64,000 bases of DNA from Balanoglossus misakiensis (Eukaryota > Animalia > Hemichordata), in NCBI GenBank assembly GCA_040954595.2, contig CM082582.2:8919483-8983482 (forward strand). Reading direction: 5' to 3'. Within the stretch, counting starts at the first letter, position 1. Each line of letters starts with the position of its first letter. Position numbers and translations under genes: made by a program. The notes beneath the pieces are model-generated. The model searched no databases. It had not been told where the DNA came from and was given only the letters and a program-made list of their open reading frames with translations. Positions 54,968-64,000 of this stretch are shown here, one piece after another.

Positions 54968-57900
54968 TCAGAGTCTTGAATTTTTTCCTTCTCAAATATG
55001 CACTATTGATTTACTGTCGCTCTCGTAGTACAGGAGTAATTGCACGACGAAATTTAATTAAGTGGGTGACTCGGTGTAAATTAATTAGTCGAAAGTTATA
55101 CAACTCTCTTGGGAAATTTCACTTTAGCGACTTATTTAATGGGTGATATTGGAGGAATAATAAAATGTGGGTGATGTAATTCACTGTTGCCCTAGACGTT
55201 GACAGATTTAAATTACAAATACATGATTGGCACCAGACTTATTTTGAACCAATTGCTTGTATGTCTGTTGTGCTGTGTCCGATACCCACCACTGCCATAA
55301 ACTTGCAAACAGAACTGGCATTGAATTGCGCAGCTAAGAATTTGTCAAAGGGAATACCTTGTCTTTCAGCATTCATTTGGTAATTTTTGTTGTGTGTCTG
55401 GACACATGGTGTGAAAATGGATTTATGGATTTATTAGACTGCTTTGTTTCTGTAGATCACAGACTTGCCTGCAGCTTGAGATAACTAAAAGGGATATTTC
55501 TTTGGGGGTGGGGGGGACTTCTATCTAGTCATTTCTAGAGGCTGCTAACTGGGAAAATTCTTTTTTTTTAACCATACTCTATGCAAATCCCTCTGGTGGT
55601 AGCACGACTTATAACTTTTGTTTAAAATATTGAGTCTCCAGAGTCATAAAGCCATGTTTTTCATAAATTGTAGTCACTACAATTGTATTGTGTAAGACGA
55701 ACCACAGCCTTGTAATCATGTTCAGTAATGCAATATCCCTTCTGAGAAAATAAAATAAATATTCTTTTATGAACCAATTTGTTCCAAAAATTACGTTTGG
55801 TAGATTTGTCTAGACAAATACTGATGTCAATTAGGAGTACCGGTATAATCATAAATTAACAGATAATTGAATTCATCAGAGGGTTGTTTTGAGTGGTAGG
55901 TCTATGTAATGCCATTTACGACTGATGCGACATTTTAATTTGATTTCAATACTAGCCTATGTCAATTATTGAGTCACTGTGAATAATTCATAAAGAAGAT
56001 TCAATTAAAACTTGATAAGCAATTACCAGTTCACAGAAAATTGCCTTTTTCTTGGGTTTGGTGGAAATTAGTTCCGGGTACTACTTCCTGGTGTAATCAC
56101 CCCCATTGACGTCTCACTTCGGCAGAATAGAAAATTCATCCCCGCAAGCAACTGTGTTGTTTTGCCGCGCCGGAGCTGCAGTTCTCCCGCACCATATTAG
56201 ATCTGATAACGATCTGTATAATTTGTCAATTAAATAATCAATCACTGTTTTTGAAGACGTCATGAAGGAGATGGTTTTTCTGTTATTATTTTTTCTTAAT
56301 CCTTCTCCGTATTATACTTAAACCAGAGATCTCTTGCCAACGACCATAAATAATTAAAATGAAAGATGTGTTGCAACACATCAGGGGTGGGGAAGGTCAC
56401 TGACTATAAAACCAGAGACGTCTCTTGCTGACGACCATATATATATACATGTACATATACCGGTAGATATTTACAATGAAACATGTATTGGGTAATAACA
56501 GTCAATATATGAGATCGGATACGCAGTTGTGATTTGTTAGAGCCGGGACGATGATATTGATGCGCTTTTGTTCCTCGTCTGCTTTTGTCTTAGTCTATAT
56601 ACTTTATTAATCCCACGAAAGCTTCTTAGGCCCACAAGTGGTAAAGGTATGTATTTTGATATGATTACTTTCAAGGCTCTTAATCTGTCTTTTTTTATTT
56701 TACTCGTTTTGAAAACTTCGAAGGCGTAAAGTGAAACCACATCATAACGACACCATTTTGTTTGCAGACGTGTCGGCGAAATTGATTGTAACACATGTTG
56801 CTTGCAATATTGTCTGCTGCGTTTGATGTTTTGAATTAAATCCATTAATTAGGCCTAAAAATCGACGAAGTCTGCAGTATGCAATTGGGCAAATATGGTT
56901 TAATTGCTCATGTTGATACTTGGGACATTGTGTGGAGGAAGGCCTGCTGTGTGTATCACAGCTTGCCAATCAAAGAGCTAATTAATTTATGTACCTGGTA
57001 CAATACGAGGAGTAATATGTTTCGACTCTTTCTTTTGTGTTACAAGATGGCTGTGTTTAATGAAAGCGAACCGTGACTTTAATCCAATATTGCTGAATAT
57101 AATTTCCAAAAAATATTGTCGGTGTAAAGCTACGCGGGATAGATAAAAATTATGGTTTTGTAGTAAAATATTAATATATTATTGAAAATAGCTTTACTTG
57201 ACATCCCTGTCATCGATAAGACCTGAATGAACGAATGTTGTGGAGTATCACAGAAAATATCAGAAACATGGCGGCTACAGGCCTAAATGCAAAAAAATAT
57301 ATAAAAAGCCCCCCCCCCCCCACCCACCCCCCCCCCACCCCTCTGCATGACTTTGTACTCTAACACGTATTGGGACTATAATTACTAGTATAATTTAGAA
57401 CGAGTCTCTTGAGTCATGGTAAACATGTATACTCTTACCCGCTTTTTCCAAGAATGTCCCAGGGTATCAGCAACTGCTTTTGCAATAACTGCAGGCACAT
57501 TTCCTATTATCATAATGCGAGCCGCGTAAATGGAAACCGAAATGTAATTAAAAACGGCTGTTTAAGGCTAATATGATAATTGTGAGCAAATTAACGTGTA
57601 CACGCTTAAATTTATCAACAGTCAAGTTTGAAGTCATCGCCATTTTTATAAATAGGTTCAGTGTGCGTGGGCTTTGGCAGTGGAAGGTCGGTGACGGACC
57701 TCTTTCTGCTGAAAGTAAGTTCGAGTTGTTCAATTGAAGTGGGATTTACAGCCAGGGCAACTTCTTTCAAGGTAATTTGAACGCAGGTGAGTTTTTAAGT
57801 CAGTATCGTATCCGTCAACAGTTACCGCGACGCGCGAAAGGGGAGGGGAGGGTAGTTTTCTGGGTCTCCGTTCCCTCCCCTCAGTTCGTCTGTTCACACA

Positions 57901-59353
57901 CCAATCGTCCGTCCTCACTCACGATCACCGGCCGAGAACCCCCCCCCCCCCCGGAGTACTACGTTTCGGGATTTTAAATCGGAAATGTACTCGTGACTAG
58001 GGTTTATTACGAAAAATAAAAATACGATGCCTTGTATATTATCTATCGATCATTTTCCAGGGATGATTTACGAACTCAAATTTAATTGAGTGCTCACCGT
58101 GTTGTACACCGTGTTGTACCGTGAGACAACCGAAATGTCTCTGGTGGCCGATGAAATTAAAGTATGTTTACTCCGTAACCAAACCATTTTGCAGAGGGCC
58201 CCGGCTTATGTGCCACGAAAAACACAACTTTCGTTGACTTAAGTAAAATTTTGGCTGACAACACTTTCAAATTGTGACAATAAAACTGATATTTGCATTT
58301 GACTTTTATTTTCTTTCCAGTGGTTTGTCCACGCTCTAGAGCCTCTTCTGAAACATGATGGGGAGGTAAGAATGGATTCATGTTTATATTATCTTTCGCT
58401 TCTTCGTTGGACTCTTGAAAGTGTTCGCTACTCTGCCCTTTGTGGTCACAGTTTAGCAGATACGTATTCCCAAAGCTGCCACCCCATTGTCGAATTTAGA
58501 CCGGGTCTTGACACATAAATGATGAAAAGTGATATTCGGTAATTCTAAAACTTTGTAACAGAAAAAATAACAACATGCGAAAAAGTTGAATGAGTTAAAT
58601 ATGCTAACTACTAAGACAGACATTTTTGACCAAAGAAAGTCATGAAAGACATTTAGTCTATCTCTTACTACAGTGAGTTGTCGACATTTTACCCAGAATG
58701 CAATTATGATAATGTGATTTGACCCCCTAGCACAAAGTAAAAACCCATTTAAGGCAGCCAGAGTTCGAAAGTGTTACCGGCCAAGAAATGATTTGTACTC
58801 ATGTATAGAAATCGATGGATGGAAAAAGAATAATTGTCACCGAGGCAAATTTATATTTTGGGAGAAAGCGAAAGAGATATCAATGCCTGATGATTCCATT
58901 CAAAATTAAACTTTCATCCATTAAAGTTACACAATTAAATCTGTCGGCTCAAATACAGTTGATTATGCGAATACATCGTTTAGTCAAAAACCAAGATGAT
59001 CACATAATGCATTGATACACTGAAATGGATTTTTCATCTGACAATTAACGAGCGGTAGATAATACTTTATGCATCATCCTCTGACGATCATTGTGTACAT
59101 ATCTCAGTCGGCATTTCTGAGAAGATGAATCTGTCAGTCTAAAATTAATTGCATTTCCTGTCGGTCTTATTGTTGATTTGTCTGCAGCTTATCTTGTTGC
59201 AATCTTCCAAATGATGTGTCACACACTGATGTATCGGTCAGCTTTTGTGTGGTTTGATCTGCTAATATCTCCGTTCTTTTCTTCTGTCGCCCTCATTTTT
59301 ATTACTTCGGCATCATTAGTCAACTTGTCAGCATTTTCATTTCATTCTAAATG

Positions 59354-59412
59354 CATCGTCATCGTCATCATCATCGTCATCCTCTTCCTCCTCCTCCTCC
59401 TCCTCCTCCTCC

Positions 59413-59458
<46 letters not shown>

Positions 59459-59522
59459 GAACATCACCGTCGTCGTTGTCGTCGTCACCATCATCATCAC
59501 CACCACTACCACCACTACCACT
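59354..59522. repeat. Compound (CAT)n/(CCT)n/(CGT)n/(CAC)n microsatellite
   Basis: Directly visible triplet runs; explains the homopolymeric ORFs at 59178-59590. Confidence 0.95.
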
Positions 59523-62500
59523 ACAGTATTCAATTTTGAGACAATTTTACAGTTTTTTAAGACAGAATAATCGAATGTCACTTTGAGCAAAATATGAGAA
59601 AAAGTTCAAGACTTTGGTTTTCGAGGAGCATACTACCCTAAGTGACATCAGAATGAATGGGTGTATCTTTCTTCATTAAAATATTGCCTGAGGGACCATT
59701 GTCGTGACATCTATAGGTATCATTAATCTTGGGTTTGTTGATTTATAATTCAACACTCTAATACCGTGGAGTTTTATAATTCCAGGGTCGCACGTTGCAT
59801 GTGTATATAAGCATCACGTTGATACATCTCAGAAAACTGTCGGTAACACAACAGAACTCTATAAGGTTTTATATTCATCAGGAGCCACGCTGCTGTAAAA
59901 ATCAAAGTTTTATAAAAGCGCCATCTCTTCGTTTTGCAATTATCAATCCCATTTTTCAAAAGAAAATCTTCAACTGAACAATCGACGCGTAAAGAAAGCT
60001 GACAGAAATCAAAGCTATTAAAATGTCATCCCATTTTGGAACTGATGTTTGGGGAAATCAATTTGTTACTCTTATCATTTCATGAAATATTCATAGAGAT
60101 GACTTTCCATCATTTAAGCGTGTAGACATGTGTAGACTCGCTCATCTTGGCAATAATAACTGTCTATAAATAATTTGACTTGTTGCAATTAACTAAGAAT
60201 TACTACTTGTTACATGCATGTCATTTCGTGGATTTATTAAGTGCCACATGCAGCCCCAGGACTGATTAAACACTGTTTAATATTACAAGGCGTTTTGAAT
60301 AGCTAGCTAAACACATAAATATTTGAGAAAGCATCTACTTGTACAGTACTAACATAATATGCTATGTCAATTGGCAAAGATGATATTAAAAATTCTAGTT
60401 TATGTTCCGTGCCTCGTAAATTTATACTGGATAAATATCCCTAGCTTTTTGTACACTGTCAGGCGCTCTCGAGATTCGGAATGTAATCCACACGTAAATA
60501 ATAAATTGCATTTCTCCTTCTGGAACACTGTTTATTGTATTGAGTGCCCTTGGTGTTTCCCTGCATGCATTGAATTTTGGGCATGTCATACTAATACCAC
60601 CATAAATTGAGGACGACTAGTTATTTATAACCACAGACTGGTTACTCGTTGGGTAGTATGCAAACACATGCAGGCATGACCACTATCACCATATGCTCTT
60701 ATGTAGCTGGACATGAGAGAATTTTGTGTGTTTTTTTTACGGCGATGAAAATGTATGTTTGCTAAATGTCATGATGGACTATGGAAAATATATAATGCAG
60801 TGTTTGTATACAGTTGCGGTGCCTTTAGTATTTGCTCATAAAATGTACTGAACTATCCCAGTCGTTAACAGGTTAAAGAAATAATGCGGTATTAAAGTAC
60901 GCTATACAGATATGTGTGATCATGTTGTAACTTGCTTTCCGCTTAATGCAGAATCAACCTGTGAAGAGGTTCTGTACAGCCAGCATTGCATACTTAAAAC
61001 CATAGCTATTGACAGGTATTGGCGCAATATGAGTTATTAATTCCCAAAAGCAATAATTCGTAATGGGAACGCCCATGTCAAGCCTCCATGTCACAAACAC
61101 GGAGGCTTATGGGGCTATCCATGTACAAACCCCGCGTTCATCTCAAATTAAAAGGAGTGATTACGGTTAATGGAACAAAATCAGGATCGGTGTACACGTT
61201 ACATCCCCAGGGCATATGGAAACAAAACCGGCGAGTACTTTACCTCCAGCTATATAGATGAGCCAAGACAGAAAACTGCAATTTAGTCGATTTAACCTGG
61301 CTTCACATTTCAAGATTTTTTTTTCAGCTGTGTTTCAATCTTCATTGGATGTTTGGGGCCCTGAGAAATTCTGAGTCCGCCTGTATAATGTGTAATGTTT
61401 AAGCGCTTGAAGCATGGCTCTTTGCTAATTAAGCCGTGACATAGGCCTAAGGATATGCGAAATCACAACTCGAAAATGCAAGTCACACTTGGGTTTGGGC
61501 GTTCTCAGAAAATGTTGAAACCTGGCATATGCAAATCAGCAGTCGAATTAAAGTATGTCCCCTTGGGTTTCGATAATTTATGCAATATTAATCTTCATTG
61601 AACTACGCATGTTTATGATGAAGTATTATTGTAATAGGCATGGGCAATAGCACTGAATAAATATCTGAAGGGTTCTGTACAGTAACTACTGCTTATTTCG
61701 TGAAACATGTTACATATGCGTTATGTACTCGAATTCCGAGAAGAGAGTACACGTTGGCCTGTTCACGGGGTACAACCTTTGCTATTTTTTGATATCACTA
61801 TCAACTGTTGCTGGCTCTCTCATAATGTACCAAACCACTCTGTAGTACATATTAGCATATATCAGTTGCCTAGCAGTTATTTAATATTCATGTGAATGCA
61901 TCACTCACGGATACACTGCAACTGATCCGCAGTACCGAGGACAACGATGATGATAAAGGTGAGCTAAGGTAAGGTACGCTAACTGGGCTTTGACGTAGCT
62001 GCAATGGAAGAGTTTTGCGTTCTTGCTTGCACCTTGTGTACGTGACATATTATATTATACTCGTGTCGGTTGTTCTCGTTTCGTAGTGCCGAGTTAGGCT
62101 CGCTGTGATATAAATGGGTGTTTTTTTTCGCTACGGCATTAACAGCTGGGCGCGAGGAGTTCTCGATTTGCGTTTCGTGGGATTTCTAACAATGCAACAG
62201 ATGATTTGACTGACCGCCAATCAATTCAATTGCCACCTGTCATGATAATCTTTAGATTTAATTACCAGTAATCGGTCTGGGCTAGGAAAATGCAGACAAT
62301 CTTCCAAAATTGTTTCCCTTTCGTTAACTCAATGCCACATTCTCACACAAAACGCACGTAAACGCACATATAACTTTTGACCACAGATACGTGATATTTT
62401 CCAACGGACACCAATGGCCGTGTCAGTGCTATCGAATCCAAGGATATCACAGCGACATCTCTTCTCAAATCTATTATCGCAGTAATAGAAACATAGTCCC

Positions 62501-63735
62501 GCGAGAAGAAATTTAATTACTCCCCCCCCCCCCCCAACTGTTTAATAGCAGACATGTATGTCTCCACATCGCGAGCTATACGGGAAACTTGGAGCATCGC
62601 GAATCCCAAATGATTCCTCGCAACGAGACTGTTTTTTTATAGTCCCGAAGTCACCTTGAGACGTGCTGATGGTCTGAGCACAAATGCACTAATGGAGCCC
62701 TGTAATGTTTCGATAATTTTTTCAGTATCTTAGGCCACCGGCCTTTCGTAGAGTACGTTGAATAAAAGTCCACAGTAGGCCTACAGTGTAATATTTATGA
62801 TAAGCATCAGGATACGCGACTTGCTATGAAAATTGACTCCCAATTTAGCAGCTATTGAATAGCGGCGCTGTGGCGGATACCTTGTGCGGACAAAAATAGG
62901 ATACCAGCATTAGATAAAAAAATAAAGCTAAACAATGGAAAGCTATGCTTTATTGTCCCGTTGCCAGTTCTGTCCGCCTACTTATCTCTAAGTGGCGGAA
63001 TCAGCATACATTAAAGAGACATAAGCAGTAACTTTTGATTTATTTCCAGTATTCTTTTGTTCTGTGTATCAAATACAATTTCTTGTCCTACTCCCAAAAC
63101 AGCATGATAACATACCCAGTGCTCCGCTTGTCAACATAACCAGTATGTGTGGAACGGTTCGTTTAAGTAACAATCAATCATGTACCCCCGTTTGCGTGGC
63201 TTGGGATGACCGTGTCATTTATTTTCGTATAAATGTCAACGTAATTTGCTCCGTTTGTGGAATTTTCAGATTTAACATTCCCCTTACACTCCGACTTATT
63301 AATAATTGATCTAAATGATCTTAGCAGGCTATCAATCTTCACATTCTCTCATTTCGTATTACTAGTCCTCTGCGTACGAAATGACGTGGTTAAGTAATAT
63401 TGCATCCTCAGAATCGACAATATTCCCGCTGGTGTTGTCCATTATAGATGAACTGCCCGACGGACTCTCCACCAAGATTAATAGACCCTTTTCCGAACTC
63501 CACGAGACCCTGCAAGATCTCGCGAGACTAGGCAGTCCATATGTTAAGGCATTCTCATGGAACAAAGGACACACAACGCTGTGACACAGGGCAAACAACA
63601 CATGGCCCATCGTGCCCAACGGCTCAAAAGTTACATCATACAATTTCATCTTTTGGGTATTGATGGCGACTGTATCTATCTATTGTCAGGGTAATTGTCC
63701 ACAACTGTGCCACTAAGCTATCAAGGACGCTTACC

Positions 63736-64000
63736 ATGCGTGTGGCCAACGTTCTTCTGTTGGTGACATTCGTAGACTCCGTGGTCTTTTTGCAAAGTAA
63801 GTGGGTTTTTTTCTTAAAACGTCACGTTTTGTGTCTTCAAGTCAGTGGCCCTTGAGACAACATTATACGATCGAAGCAACAGCTTATAGTTATATATCAC
63901 CTGGGAAACATTTGAGACAAACGTTTGTCGGCGCAATGCCCCAATGTACACCATATTATTCACTGCAGATTCCCACGGACTCCAGAAACAGAAGGATCTG
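63736..64000 (+). CDS. Possible 5' end of a secreted or membrane protein gene, truncated by the window edge
   Basis: ACCATG; exon 63736-63796 MRVANVLLLVTFVDSVVFLQ (signal-peptide-like), GTAAGT phase-1 donor, acceptor ctgcag at 63968, continuing NSHGLQKQKDL. Confidence 0.45.

Noticed and set aside
56320-56440. Imperfect direct repeat AACCAGAGA..TCTCTTGC..ACGACCATA
   Set aside because: Only two degenerate units; a local duplication, not a CRISPR-like or satellite array.
59178-59590. Homopolymeric ORFs and a minus-strand peptide NENADKLTNDAEVIKM...
   Set aside because: Microsatellite-derived; the minus-strand peptide has an in-frame TGA immediately upstream and no usable acceptor.
63362-63649. 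Overlapping 95-aa (-) and 67-aa (+) ORFs
   Set aside because: No recognisable family or splice context; length compatible with chance.

Overview
Intron-rich eukaryotic genomic DNA from an invertebrate animal. The gene content and the presence of Morgue would fit a non-vertebrate deuterostome, but that is inference. The ORF track shows only exon fragments, so gene models were assembled by hand from GT-AG boundaries. In order: a ~40-exon ABCA-type transporter (+) containing a duplicated, frame-incompatible exon pair; GGCT (+); a tandem array of eight intact two-exon DUF4440/SnoaL-like (NTF2-fold) genes resembling bacterial YybH proteins (-); ABHD4/5 (+); a three-exon MIF/D-dopachrome-tautomerase-like gene absent from the ORF track (-); GOT2 (-); NDUFAF6 (+); Morgue (zinc finger + F-box + catalytically dead E2) (-); TTC5 (+); OXA1L (-); SLC7A6OS/Iwr1 (+). 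Then ~8.7 kb with no recognisable gene, and the possible start of a secreted-protein gene at the window end. Eight of these genes form four tight head-to-head pairs. The best candidate for an undescribed system is the eight-gene DUF4440 array.
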